Shown in pieces: positions 1 through 8,695 of a stretch of 32,000 bases of DNA. The position numbers and the translations under genes are program-made. The stretch covers positions 174,715 to 206,714 of the forward strand of contig OY843768.1 of the NCBI GenBank assembly GCA_963693095.2, given 5' to 3'. Below the pieces are notes generated by a model that was given only the letters and a program-made list of their open reading frames with translations, made no database searches and was not told the DNA's origin. This DNA is from Cenarchaeum sp. Its GTDB lineage: Archaea > Thermoproteota > Nitrososphaeria > Nitrososphaerales > Nitrosopumilaceae. Position 1 is the stretch's first letter. Each line of letters starts with the position of its first letter.

Positions 1-104
1 GCACAATGGTTTCGTGTTCACTATTAACTTGTCAACCAATGCGCAACAACACTGCCAAATGCAATATGCCTGCAAACCATCTGCCGTATGTCGTTGACGA
101 ACTC

Positions 105-632
105 TTACTGCCTGTCTGGGGGCATAAAGTCGTGCTCTTCGGATATGTCATACGCCTTTGACCTAAACTCGGCGACATATGTCCTTCCATCCTCTATTGG
201 AGTTGCGATAAACCTTGATGACTCTACACCGTCAACTAGAATCCTCGAGTCAGACTCGAGCATGTCGCGCAGCGGAAACTCCCACACCCACAAAAAGTGC
301 CCAATCTCAAACGGGTACGCCTCCTCCCATGACCCATAGATTGTCCCGTCGGCTGTGAGCGTATAGAGCGACCTCTGGCAGCCGCCCTCCTCAAACCCAA
401 TGTTGGCGGGAATCTCGGCGCGCTGGCCGTCGACATACAGCTCGAGGGATGCGCTAACGGTGTATGGCGTCACCCTCTCGTTTATGCAGATCTTGAGCGG
501 GTCATTGGCGGAGATCTGCGAGAGGACGAGGCTGCTTCCGACGCCGACAGATATGCCGATGCCTGCGGTGATCACTAGGAATATGAGCGTCTTGCGCCGC
601 TTTGTGGGATCGCCCATTCCCGGCCAGAACAT
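105..632 (-). CDS. hypothetical membrane-anchored protein (one N-terminal helix, ~140-aa soluble domain)
   Basis: ORF 105..1178 trimmed to the in-frame ATG at 630-632 (MFWPGMGDPTKRRKTLIFLVITAGIGISVGVG...). The upstream ~180 codons are Pro/Arg/Gly-rich shadow-like sequence. A TATA-like box (653-665, revcomp GATTTAAGTAAAA) lies ~25 nt upstream of this ATG. No family recognised. Confidence 0.5.
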   Translation of the reverse strand: MFWPGMGDPTKRRKTLIFLVITAGIGISVGVGSSLVLSQISANDPLKICINERVTPYTVSASLELYVDGQRAEIPANIGFEEGGCQRSLYTLTADGTIYGSWEEAYPFEIGHFLWVWEFPLRDMLESDSRILVDGVESSRFIATPIEDGRTYVAEFRSKAYDISEEHDFMPPDRQ

Positions 633-977
633 GGCATCCGCGGCGCATGGCGTTTTACTTAAATCTGCTTGCCGGGCGCCTGCGATGCCCTGCATGAAAC
701 GTGGTGGAGTGGGCAGGAATGCCCGCCTGGGGCAGATCCGGACCCCCTGGTGGCTCCCCTGCCTGCCCCGTGGGCTCGCAGCCACGCCTGGATCGCCGTG
801 CTGAGCCACACCCAGTGTGGGGCCTTTCGTGGCCATGATCGCACGGCTCGTGCCTGCCACGATCGGCCATCCTGCGGCACGCCGACCCAAAAATGGCCCT
901 AATGGCCAATTCGTGCCTACGTATTTGTGCAGAATCGCGAAAGGGTTAAAAGGCTCTGATATTCGCGGGGGACGCAG

Positions 978-1340
978 ATGACTCTTCCAAAAGGGTTCGG
1001 CTCCGCCGGCGGCGGGGGTGCTGGTGCGGCAGATGTAGAGAAGATGATCGGCAGGCGTGTGGAAAACATGACTGGCATCATCACGATCTCCTACATTGCA
1101 GCCTGGCTCGCCACGTTCGCCGGCACTGCCGCGGGGTACTTTTACTACCCGTGGGCATATCCGACACCTAGCGGCCACTATGCACTCATAGTGTTGACGA
1201 TAGTAGAAGCCATCGGTTACCTCTTCTCCGTGAAGGTGTGTGAAGAGGGCTCCTCGAAGAACAGCAATGGCATCATTGGTGTCACGCTTGCGGCCACTGC
1301 GGTCGGAACGCTGCTCATATCGCTCTACGTCGGAAACTAG
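978..1340 (+). CDS. amoX: small integral membrane protein, probable AmoX (AMO-associated subunit)
   Basis: Lies directly upstream of amoA in the same orientation. Three hydrophobic helices (IITISYIAAWLATFAGTAAGYFYY, HYALIVLTIVEAIGYLF, IIGVTLAATAVGTLLISLYV). The call rests on synteny with amoA in ammonia-oxidising archaea and on membrane character, not on remembered sequence. Start uncertain (ATG 978, 1044 or 1068). Confidence 0.55.
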   Translation: MTLPKGFGSAGGGGAGAADVEKMIGRRVENMTGIITISYIAAWLATFAGTAAGYFYYPWAYPTPSGHYALIVLTIVEAIGYLFSVKVCEEGSSKNSNGIIGVTLAATAVGTLLISLYVGN

Positions 1341-1440
1341 GCGGGTATCCTGCCTACTATTTTTGCCATGTCACAGCGTTAGCTGCGATCATGGCCTGTC
1401 GGCGTGTCCTGCGATCAGGGCAGATCGGCGCGCCTGCGCC

Positions 1441-1456
1441 TAAAATTATATATACT
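1441..1456 (+). promoter_or_regulatory. TATA-box-like element of amoA promoter
   Basis: TAAAATTATATATACT in an otherwise GC-rich spacer, ~25-35 nt upstream of the amoA ATG (1478). This spacing fits an archaeal leaderless transcript. Confidence 0.5.
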
Positions 1457-1477
1457 AGCCTTCTGGCGAGGGGGGCA

Positions 1478-2128
1478 ATGGTCTGGCTAAGACGCTGTAC
1501 GCACTACCTCTTCATCGTGGTAGTTGCCGTCAACTCCACACTGCTGACAATCAACGCAGGAGACTATATCTTCTACACTGATTGGGCGTGGACGTCGTTC
1601 GTGGTATTCTCAATATCGCAGACGCTCATGCTCGTCGTCGGTGCGGCGTACTACCTGACATTCACTGGAGTGCCGGGAACTGCGACGTACTATGCGCTGA
1701 TAATGACAGTCTACACGTGGATAGCAAAGGGCGCATGGTTTGCCCTCGGCTACCCGTATGACTTCATCGTCACGCCGGTATGGCTCCCATCTGCAATGCT
1801 GATGGACCTTGCATACTGGGCGACAAAGAAGAACAAGCACTCGCTGATTCTGTTTGGTGGTGTGTTGGCCGGCATGTCGTTGCCACTGTTCAACATGGTG
1901 AACCTGATAACGGTGGCCGACCCGCTGGAGACCGCGTTCAAGTACCCGCGACCCACACTTCCCCCCTACATGACACCAATAGAACCGCAGGTGGGCAAGT
2001 TCTACAATAGCCCAGTCGCACTGGGCGCTGGAGCCGGGGCCGTGCTGTCCGTGACTATGGCCGCGTTGGGCTGCAAGCTCAACACGTGGACATATCGCTG
2101 GATGGCCGCCTGGTCGAAATGGGACTGA
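1478..2128 (+). CDS. amoA: archaeal ammonia monooxygenase subunit A
   Basis: 216-aa product MVWLRRCTHYLFIVVVAVNSTLLTINAGDYIFYTDWAWTSF...YPYDFIVTPVWLPSAMLMDLAYWATKKNKHSLILFGG...RWMAAWSKWD is recognisable as thaumarchaeal AmoA. ORF 1391..2128 trimmed to the ATG at 1478, which sits behind the TATA box. Confidence 0.95.
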   Translation: MVWLRRCTHYLFIVVVAVNSTLLTINAGDYIFYTDWAWTSFVVFSISQTLMLVVGAAYYLTFTGVPGTATYYALIMTVYTWIAKGAWFALGYPYDFIVTPVWLPSAMLMDLAYWATKKNKHSLILFGGVLAGMSLPLFNMVNLITVADPLETAFKYPRPTLPPYMTPIEPQVGKFYNSPVALGAGAGAVLSVTMAALGCKLNTWTYRWMAAWSKWD

Positions 2129-2140
2129 TACGCACCATAC

Positions 2141-2160
2141 CTCCTTTTTCATTTTGATTT
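2141..2160 (+). terminator. oligo-T tract downstream of amoA (archaeal-type terminator candidate)
   Basis: CTCCTTTTTCATTTTGATTT begins 13 nt after the amoA stop. Archaeal termination commonly uses T-runs. Confidence 0.35.
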
Positions 2161-2253
2161 CCTAGCGTGCCCTGCGCACGTGCTCAACAAATACTGCGCG
2201 CATGGTGATCTTTTGTTGCCCTGTTATACCTTCAAAACGCGCCGAACCATTCT

Positions 2254-3108
2254 GTGTTGGCACAGCAGCACGCGTGTGAGGCAGCCGGACCCTTCGTAAA
2301 GTGGGCAGGCGGAAAGAGGCAGCTCCTCGCCGAGCTGCGCGCCCGCGCGCCGAACAAGTTTGGCGTGTACCACGAGCCGTTCGTCGGTGGCGGCGCGCTT
2401 GCCTTTGAGATACTCTCGTCGCGTCCCGGCTCGCACTGCTCGCTCTCTGACCTCAACTCTGATCTTGTCCTCGCATACGTCACCGTGCGCGATCGCGTCG
2501 ATGACCTTGTCCGCTCACTCCGGCGCCACGCCGACGCATATGCGCAGGATCCAAAGGCGTACTATTACGCGACGCGCGCGGCGACTCCGCGCACACAGGT
2601 CGAAAAGGCATCGCGCCTCCTGTTCCTCAACCGCACGTGCTTTAACGGCCTGTACAGGGTCAACTCTAGCGGCAAGTTCAACGTCCCGATGGGCGGATAC
2701 GACAACCCCAACATCATCAACGAGGATGCGCTGCGCGCGGCAAGCCGCACCCTCTCCTCAGGCAACGTCTCGATCCAGTGCGCCGACTTTGGGGCTGTCC
2801 TGCGCACGGCAGAGCGCGGCGATTTTGTCTACTTTGACCCGCCATACCAGCCGGTGAGCCGCACGGCCGCATTTACGGGCTACACCAGCGCGTGCTTTGG
2901 GGAGCGTGACCTAGAGCGCCTCGCCGGCGCATGCGAGGAGCTTGCGGGCCGCGGATGCCACGTGCTCGTCTCCAACTCGGACACAGGCGAGGTCCGGTCC
3001 GTGTTTGGCCGCGGGTGGAGCGTTGATGAGATCGGCGCGTACCGCCGGATCAACTCGGATGGCGCGCGAAGGTCGGGCCACACGGAGCTGATGATCAGGA
3101 ACTATTGA
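2254..3108 (+). CDS. dam: Dam-type (D12 class) N6-adenine DNA methyltransferase, no adjacent restriction gene
   Basis: FVKWAGGKRQLL near the N-terminus, EPFVGGGA (SAM motif), FLNRTCFNGLYRVNSSGKFNVP and FVYFDPPYQP (DPPY catalytic motif), in the order typical of Dam/alpha-group MTases. GTG start at 2254. Confidence 0.85.
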   Translation: MLAQQHACEAAGPFVKWAGGKRQLLAELRARAPNKFGVYHEPFVGGGALAFEILSSRPGSHCSLSDLNSDLVLAYVTVRDRVDDLVRSLRRHADAYAQDPKAYYYATRAATPRTQVEKASRLLFLNRTCFNGLYRVNSSGKFNVPMGGYDNPNIINEDALRAASRTLSSGNVSIQCADFGAVLRTAERGDFVYFDPPYQPVSRTAAFTGYTSACFGERDLERLAGACEELAGRGCHVLVSNSDTGEVRSVFGRGWSVDEIGAYRRINSDGARRSGHTELMIRNY

Positions 3109-3110
3109 AG

Positions 3111-3184
3111 AGCTCCGAGTGGGATCCGAACCCACGACCTTTACCTTACCAAGGTAACGCTCTACCAGGCTGAGCTATCGGAGC
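3111..3184 (-). tRNA. tRNA-Thr (anticodon GGU)
   Basis: Reverse complement GCTCCGATAGCTCAGCCTGGTAGAGCGTTACCTTGGTAAGGTAAAGGTCGTGGGTTCGGATCCCACTCGGAGCT folds by hand into a cloverleaf. It has a 7-bp acceptor (GCTCCGA/TCGGAGC), a D arm (GCTC/GAGC), an anticodon stem (TTACC/GGTAA) with loop TTGGTAA, and a T arm (GTGGG/CCCAC). No encoded CCA. Confidence 0.9.
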
Positions 3185-3305
3185 GCTCGAGCCCGCGCAC
3201 GCTGCAATCCTTATAATCCTTGGTCAACCCCGCCAAGGCCAACGCCGACTGGGCTCTCGCGCCATGTCGTGTGGGCAGGCCGGCCCACGGCGGCCCAATG
3301 CTCCT

Positions 3306-3320
3306 AAAGTTTAATATATC
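3306..3320 (+). promoter_or_regulatory. TATA-box-like element upstream of the acyl-CoA synthetase gene
   Basis: AAAGTTTAATATATC lies ~25-39 nt upstream of the ATG at 3345. Confidence 0.45.
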
Positions 3321-3344
3321 TACAGCCGAGCGCGTGCGCTGGAA

Positions 3345-5471
3345 ATGAACGCGCGCGTCCGGCGCATCTTTGATGAGACGATACAGACCGACCACAAGGT
3401 GATAACTGAGGATGTCTCAAAGTCCATTCTGCGATCATATGGCATCAAGGTTCCGCGCCACACGCTTGCGACCACTCCCGAGGAGGCCGCGCGCGCCGCG
3501 CGCTCGATCGGCTTCCCGCTCGTGATGAAGGTCGTCTCGCCGCAGATACTCCACAAGACTGACATTGGCGGCGTAAAGGTCGGCATCAGCAGCGCCGCTG
3601 AGGCCAAAAAGGCCTTTGGCGAGATGATGCGCAACGCGCGCCGCGTCAAGGGCGCCGAGATCAAGGGCATACTCCTCGAGCAGATGGCCGGCAAGGGCGT
3701 CGAGCTCATAGTTGGCCTGCAGAACGACCCGCAGTTTGGCCCCGTTATCATGGTCGGCATGGGCGGCGTCATGACCGAGGTGATCAAGGACGTCGCGTTT
3801 CGCATGCTGCCAATCACGGCCAAAGACGTCAGGTCGATGATCTCGGAGCTAAAGGGCTCAAAGCTCCTGCAGGGATTTCGCGGCTCTGCGCGCGTTGACA
3901 TGGCAATGCTCACAAAGGCCCTCCTTGCTATAGGCCGCCTCGGAGTCGAGAACGCGTCGCACTTTGAGAGCATTGACTTTAACCCCGTCATCGTGCAGCC
4001 GCGCTCGTACTCGGTCGTTGACGCAAAGATAATCCTGCGCAAGAGCCCTGATCCGGATGCGATCTCGCGCGCCAGGCCCGACTCGTCGCACATGGAGACG
4101 TTCTTTACGCCAAGGTCAATAGCGCTAGTCGGCGCGTCGGCCACAAAGGGCAAGATAGGCAACTCTGTACTTGACAGCCTCACGCGCCATGACTACAAGG
4201 GCAAGGTGTACCCGATCAACCCAAAAAAGGCAAGCATCCTCGGAACAAAGTGCTACCCTTCAATATCGGCAATACCGGGCAAGGTTGACCTCGTTGTCGT
4301 CTGCGTCGACCTGTCAGTGACGCCGCCGATACTCGAAGAGTGCGCCAAAAAGGGAATCCACAGCGTCGTTATCGTGTCTGGCGGCGGCAAGGAGCTCGGC
4401 GGCGAGCGGGCAGCATACGAGGCCGAGATAAAGCGCCTCTCACAGGAGCACAAGATTCGCATAATAGGGCCCAACTGCATTGGCATGTTCAACGCCGCAA
4501 ACAGGCTAGACTGCGCGTTTCAGGGGCAGGCGCGCATGGTTCGCGCGCGCCTGGGTCCGGTCGCGCTCCTCTCGCAGAGCGGGACGATGGGCATCAGCTT
4601 TCTGGAGACTGCTGACACGTTTGGCCTCTCAAAGATGGTCAGCTATGGCAACAGGTCTGATGTTGATGAGGCTGACATGATATGGTACCTTGCCGATGAC
4701 GCGCAGACCAGGGTCATTGCGCTATATGTCGAGGGCTTTGGCGACGGGCGCAAGTTCATCGAGACTGCAAAGCGCGTCATGCGCGACAAGAAAAAGCCCG
4801 TCGTGATCTGGAAGAGCGGGCGCACGGAGATGGGCGCAAAGCAGGCCGCCTCGCACACGGGCTCACTTGGCGGCTCTAACGCGATAATAATGGGCGCGCT
4901 GCGCCAGGCCGGAATCATATCAGTCGACAGCTATCAGGAGCTCGCCGCAGTCACAAAGGCCCTGGCGTGGCAGCCTGCGGCGGCCGGTGGTGCTGCTGCG
5001 CTCACGAGCAACGGCGCGGGTCCGATGATCGGCGCAATGGACCACTTTGAGCGCCTCGGCATATCGCTTGCCAAAATATCGCCGAGAAGCCTAAAGTCGA
5101 TGGTTGCGCACTTTCCAAAGACGTATGTCATCGGCAAGGGCAACCCCGTGGACGTCACGGGCGGCGCGACGGCTGAGGACTATCAGTATGTCATAAAGAC
5201 GTTCATGGCCGATCCGGCCGTGGACATTGTCATGCCGTGGTTTGTCTTCCAGGACGACCCCCTCGACGAGGTCATCATAAAGTACCTCGCCGAGTTCTCC
5301 AAGAGGCGCAAAAAGCCGATCCTCGTGGGCGGCAACGGCGGCCCCTACACGGCGCGCGTCTCGGCGATGATAGAGGCCAACAAGATACCAGTCTATGACG
5401 ACCTGCGCGACTGGGTTGCGGCCGCCTCGGCCCTGGCCCAGTGGGGCGCACGCGGGGGCCACAAGAGATGA
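3345..5471 (+). CDS. ADP-forming acyl-CoA synthetase (fused ATP-grasp + CoA-binding/ligase domains); candidate 3-hydroxypropionyl-CoA synthetase of the HP/HB cycle
   Basis: 708 aa. N-terminal ATP-grasp ([25 protein letters not shown]), then a CoA-binding Rossmann fold ([18 protein letters not shown]) and a succinyl-CoA-synthetase-like part with the phosphohistidine context ASHTGSLGG. The specific role is inferred from adjacency to a crotonase, as in the Nitrosopumilus HP/HB gene pair. Confidence 0.8.
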   Translation: MNARVRRIFDETIQTDHKVITEDVSKSILRSYGIKVPRHTLATTPEEAARAARSIGFPLVMKVVSPQILHKTDIGGVKVGISSAAEAKKAFGEMMRNARRVKGAEIKGILLEQMAGKGVELIVGLQNDPQFGPVIMVGMGGVMTEVIKDVAFRMLPITAKDVRSMISELKGSKLLQGFRGSARVDMAMLTKALLAIGRLGVENASHFESIDFNPVIVQPRSYSVVDAKIILRKSPDPDAISRARPDSSHMETFFTPRSIALVGASATKGKIGNSVLDSLTRHDYKGKVYPINPKKASILGTKCYPSISAIPGKVDLVVVCVDLSVTPPILEECAKKGIHSVVIVSGGGKELGGERAAYEAEIKRLSQEHKIRIIGPNCIGMFNAANRLDCAFQGQARMVRARLGPVALLSQSGTMGISFLETADTFGLSKMVSYGNRSDVDEADMIWYLADDAQTRVIALYVEGFGDGRKFIETAKRVMRDKKKPVVIWKSGRTEMGAKQAASHTGSLGGSNAIIMGALRQAGIISVDSYQELAAVTKALAWQPAAAGGAAALTSNGAGPMIGAMDHFERLGISLAKISPRSLKSMVAHFPKTYVIGKGNPVDVTGGATAEDYQYVIKTFMADPAVDIVMPWFVFQDDPLDEVIIKYLAEFSKRRKKPILVGGNGGPYTARVSAMIEANKIPVYDDLRDWVAAASALAQWGARGGHKR

Positions 5472-5505
5472 CATTTATGGCGGCATACGGGAGCCCTGGC
5501 ACATA

Positions 5506-6267
5506 ATGGCGCTCGTAGAGCACTCGACAACCGAGTCTGTCTGCACGGTAAAGATCAACCGCCCCGACAAGCTCAACGCGATGAACATGGACGTCGCGCG
5601 CGAGCTCATTCGCACGTTTGAGTCCCTTGCGCTCGACGAAAAGGTTCGCGTTATAATCCTGACCGGTGAGGGTGACAGGGCCTTTTCGGCAGGCGCCGAT
5701 ATAGAGTACATGTCACGCATCACGCCTGATGAGTCAGTAGAGTACGCAAAGCTCGGGCAGCTCCTCACGCAGACAGTCGAGCTTGTCCCGCAGCCGACGA
5801 TAGCGGCAGTCAACGGGTACGCGCTAGGCGGCGGATGCGAGCTAGCAATGTCATGCGACATACGCATTGCCGCCGAGACTGCAAAGCTCGGGCAGCCCGA
5901 GGTCACGATAGGCATACCGCCGGGATGGGGCGGCACGCAGAGGCTCATGCGCATTGTCGGAATAGCAAAGGCAAAAGAGCTCGTCTATACGGGCAAGGCC
6001 GTAAAGGCCGAGGAGGCCCGCGAGATAGGCCTCGTCAACAGGGTCGTCCCGCTAGAGTCACTCGCCGAGGAGGCTAACTCAATGGCGCGCGCGATCGCGG
6101 CAAACTCGGATATGGGCGTTCGCATGTCAAAGGTGTCGATAAACACCGGCCGCAACGCCGACCTGGCAACCGGACTTAGCGTCGAGCTGCTCGCGTGGCG
6201 CAACTGCTTTACGCACGAGGACCGCAAGGAGCGCATGACGGCCTTTGTCAACAAGTCAAAACACTAG
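5506..6267 (+). CDS. enoyl-CoA hydratase/crotonase family; candidate 3-hydroxypropionyl-CoA dehydratase / crotonyl-CoA hydratase
   Basis: [27 protein letters not shown]...FSAGADI...[20 protein letters not shown]...[17 protein letters not shown] are crotonase-fold signatures. ORF 5395..6267 trimmed to the ATG at 5506, because the upstream codons overlap the preceding gene. Confidence 0.85.
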   Translation: MALVEHSTTESVCTVKINRPDKLNAMNMDVARELIRTFESLALDEKVRVIILTGEGDRAFSAGADIEYMSRITPDESVEYAKLGQLLTQTVELVPQPTIAAVNGYALGGGCELAMSCDIRIAAETAKLGQPEVTIGIPPGWGGTQRLMRIVGIAKAKELVYTGKAVKAEEAREIGLVNRVVPLESLAEEANSMARAIAANSDMGVRMSKVSINTGRNADLATGLSVELLAWRNCFTHEDRKERMTAFVNKSKH

Positions 6268-6285
6268 GCGCGCGCCGCACATGCC

Positions 6286-6831
6286 ATGGACCTTGGGCTT
6301 CTGAGGGCATCGCTCTCGACGCGCATTGGTGCTGATGTCGCATCCTCCAACCGCGCCCCCTCGGCGGTCCTGCTCACGTTTCACGGTCCGGGCGAGCCGT
6401 CTGTCATCATGACCGTAAAGCCGCAGCACATGAGGCAGCACGCCGGCGAGGTCGCCTTTCCGGGCGGCAAGCGCGAGGAGGGCGACGCTGACCTCCTCGA
6501 GACTGCCCTGCGCGAGACCCGCGAGGAGCTCGGCCTGGAGATCGGCAGGGACGAGATCATCGGCCAGATGGGCGCCGTCGAGACGCAGAGCACGGGATAC
6601 GTCATTGCGCCCTTTGTCCATATCCTGGAGGACTCGCCTAACCTGCGCCCCAACGCCGAGGTCGCCGAGGTCCTGCGCATTCCGCTCGGGCCGTTCCTGG
6701 CCACGCTCAAGACCTCAGGCCAGATGGGTCCCACACTCACGCACGGGCCCCACACGGTCTGGGGGGCGTCTGCGAGAATCCTCGCCGAGGTCTCCGGCAG
6801 GCTGCGCCTCGCAGGCGGGAGCTTGGTTTAA
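6286..6831 (+). CDS. Nudix hydrolase, CoA-pyrophosphatase-like
   Basis: Nudix box GGKREEGDADLLETALRETREELGLE, preceded by HAGEVAFPGG as in the CoA-pyrophosphatase subgroup. Confidence 0.7.
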   Translation: MDLGLLRASLSTRIGADVASSNRAPSAVLLTFHGPGEPSVIMTVKPQHMRQHAGEVAFPGGKREEGDADLLETALRETREELGLEIGRDEIIGQMGAVETQSTGYVIAPFVHILEDSPNLRPNAEVAEVLRIPLGPFLATLKTSGQMGPTLTHGPHTVWGASARILAEVSGRLRLAGGSLV

Positions 6832-6859
6832 AAAGAGCCGTCGGGGAGGCGCCACCCTG

Positions 6860-7018
6860 ATGGCAGCGCGCAAGAGCTCGGCTCGCAAGATCCGCCTTAT
6901 CAGAAAGGCAAAGCAGACATCGCCGGTGCCAGCATGGGTGATACTTCGCACAAAGCGCGGGGTTCGAACAAACCCAAAGCGCCGCGCCTGGCGCCAGACG
7001 GACGTGGATGTGGGCTAG
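6860..7018 (+). CDS. rpl39e: 50S ribosomal protein L39e
   Basis: 52-aa basic product MAARKSSARKIRLIRKAKQTSPVPAWVILRTKRGVRTNPKRRAWRQTDVDVG. Only the last part of ORF 6605..7018 is used (ATG at 6860). Confidence 0.85.
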   Translation: MAARKSSARKIRLIRKAKQTSPVPAWVILRTKRGVRTNPKRRAWRQTDVDVG

Positions 7019-7649
7019 ATTGGCCGACGATTCTGAGCGCGTCTACACGATACCATTGGGCAAGGTTCTCCTCTCTCCGGACAACCGCCGCGCGATGCGC
7101 GCAATCAACATGATCCGCGAGTTTGCGCGCCGCCACATGAAGGTCCAGGAGATAAAGATAGACCAGTCGCTCTCGCATGAGATATGGGCCCGCGGGATAA
7201 AGAGCCCGCCGCGCAAGGTCCGTGTCCGCATGTCAAAGACCGAAGAGGGTCATGTCCTCGTCTCGCCGTACTCGCTTGGAGCCGGTCCGGATGACGGGGC
7301 AGGGGGCAAGGACGACGCCGCGAAGGACGAGAGTCCGGCCGTGGAGGATGCGCCCGGCGATGACGTTGCGCCAGAGGCTGAGACTGCCGACGCGCCAGAG
7401 ACTGATACTGCCGATGCTGCTGACGTTGCAGTAGAGCCAAAGGGAGATGACGCCAAACCTGCAGATGCTGCTGATGTGCCAGCCGGGCCAAAGGGAGATG
7501 ATGCCAAACCTGCCGATGCTCCTGCCGCCAAGCCCAAACCAGCAGATGCTCCTGTTACCAAGCCCAAGGCTGCCGGTGGCAGCGCAAAGCCTGATGTGGC
7601 CAAAAAGGCAAAGTCTTCAGCACCTGCTACAAAGAAAAAGTCAAAGTAA
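7008..7649 (+). CDS. rpl31e: 50S ribosomal protein L31e with ~120-aa low-complexity C-terminal extension
   Basis: N-terminal ~90 aa (ERVYTIPLGKV...RRAMRAINMIREFARRHMKV...IKIDQSLSHEIWARGIKSPPRKVRVRM) is L31e-like. The remainder is an Ala/Asp/Pro/Lys-rich repeat. Overlaps the L39e stop by 11 nt. Confidence 0.8.
   Translation: MWARLADDSERVYTIPLGKVLLSPDNRRAMRAINMIREFARRHMKVQEIKIDQSLSHEIWARGIKSPPRKVRVRMSKTEEGHVLVSPYSLGAGPDDGAGGKDDAAKDESPAVEDAPGDDVAPEAETADAPETDTADAADVAVEPKGDDAKPADAADVPAGPKGDDAKPADAPAAKPKPADAPVTKPKAAGGSAKPDVAKKAKSSAPATKKKSK
7437..7520 (+). repeat. in-frame tandem repeat inside the L31e tail (33-nt unit, two copies, 51-nt period)
   Basis: CCAAAGGGAGATGACGCCAAACCTGCAGATGCT (7437-7469) and CCAAAGGGAGATGATGCCAAACCTGCCGATGCT (7488-7520) differ at 2 positions. 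Both encode PKGDDAKPADA. Confidence 0.8.
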
Positions 7650-7682
7650 CACTTGCACGGCCCTGATGGCCGTGTGAAAGTC

Positions 7683-8621
7683 CTAGCGCTCTATCTGGTC
7701 AATGTCGAGGCTGCACGGAACGCTAGACTCGGCCTCGGCCCAGTCAAGCGTCATGTCCGACGGTATTGCGCCGAGTGGATCGTATGCGTCAAACTTTGAT
7801 GCGCCGCGCAGCTCCGAGACTACGACAATGCCCTCCTTGCCCGTGCCAGTCGGCATTGCAGTGGCCTCGCCGCCTGTCATGCCCGAGACTGCCTCCACTG
7901 TCTCGGCGATTGCGCCAACGGGCACGTCATCGCCGGTGACGTGAATGAGCGAGCCGCCGATCGTGCCGTTCGCGGCCCCCTCGTGGATCATCTTTATGGC
8001 CTCGCGCAGCGACTCCTCGAGGCCGGCGCCCGCACTCGATGCGGCGACCATGCTGTCGCCGCCAGGGACGCTGCCGGCGCCGATCGAGCCAACAACGTGC
8101 ATGATTGCCGCATTTGCCATCTCTATGCAACTGCGCGCCCCCAGGTTTGGGTTGCCCTCTAGCATTGCGTCATTGTCTACGATGATCGAGCAGTCGCTTG
8201 CCTCACGCAGCCTCTTTAGGGCGATTCCGGCACCGAATATGCGATCGTGCTCATAGCCAAAGGGCATTATCGCAACCGAGATGACGCGCTTGCCGGCACT
8301 GGCCGCAGCGGCGGCCACCATGGGGGCGATTCCGGCCCCAGAGCGGCCCGCGAGGCCTGCCATTATGATGACTGTCCGGGTGTCTCTGGCGGCCTCTAGG
8401 ACGCGCTCGGCCTCCCTGCGCGCTGCGGCGCGTATGACGTGAACCGTGGGATTGATGACCGGTGCCGTGGAGACCTCTATGGAGGCCTCGCCGTGGAGGT
8501 CAGAGGCGACGTTGCTCACGAGTACGTGCCCTGCGCCTAGCCTCGAGGCGGCCTCTGGCGCTAGCCTCGAGCCCGCGCCGCCTGCCCCGACGATCATGAT
8601 CGGCTCCAATACTGTGGTCAC
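7683..8621 (-). CDS. FtsZ/tubulin-superfamily protein with degenerate GTP-binding signature (thaumarchaeal FtsZ-like)
   Basis: Aligns by eye to FtsZ. IMIVGAGGAGSRLA matches IKVIGVGGGGGNAV. IIMAGLAGRSGAGIAPMVA...VISVAIMPFGYE matches FIAAGMGGGTGTGAAPVVA...VAVVTKPFNFE. IIVDNDAML matches ITIPNDKLL. GTG start at 8621, with a TATA-like box at 8641-8655. Confidence 0.7.
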   Translation of the reverse strand: MTTVLEPIMIVGAGGAGSRLAPEAASRLGAGHVLVSNVASDLHGEASIEVSTAPVINPTVHVIRAAARREAERVLEAARDTRTVIIMAGLAGRSGAGIAPMVAAAAASAGKRVISVAIMPFGYEHDRIFGAGIALKRLREASDCSIIVDNDAMLEGNPNLGARSCIEMANAAIMHVVGSIGAGSVPGGDSMVAASSAGAGLEESLREAIKMIHEGAANGTIGGSLIHVTGDDVPVGAIAETVEAVSGMTGGEATAMPTGTGKEGIVVVSELRGASKFDAYDPLGAIPSDMTLDWAEAESSVPCSLDIDQIER

Positions 8622-8695
8622 TGCATAGGGGGCTGCGCGGTTTGGATAAAAAAGCTTCCCGTGTAGCCTTAATCATACCTGCGATCTAAAGTTTT

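Noticed and set aside
633-977. 345-bp GC-rich spacer between the divergent first gene and amoX; looked for an ncRNA or repeat copy
   Set aside because: I found only short hairpins and a CCTGGGGCAG string that also occurs inside elements A and B. That is not enough to call a feature.
1391-1477. Upstream extensions of listed ORFs (amoA 1391; crotonase 5395; mdh 18260; PEFG protein 25373; amoB 26060; 26611; 633-1178 of the first ORF; 29628-29765)
   Set aside because: In each case the extension covers the gene's own TATA-like box or the preceding gene. It also lacks resemblance to the family N-terminus, so internal starts were preferred.
7656-7674. Hairpin CACGGCC-ctgat-GGCCGTG between the convergent L31e and FtsZ-like genes
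   Set aside because: A 7-bp stem without a T-tract. Archaeal terminators are mainly oligo-T, so this may be incidental.
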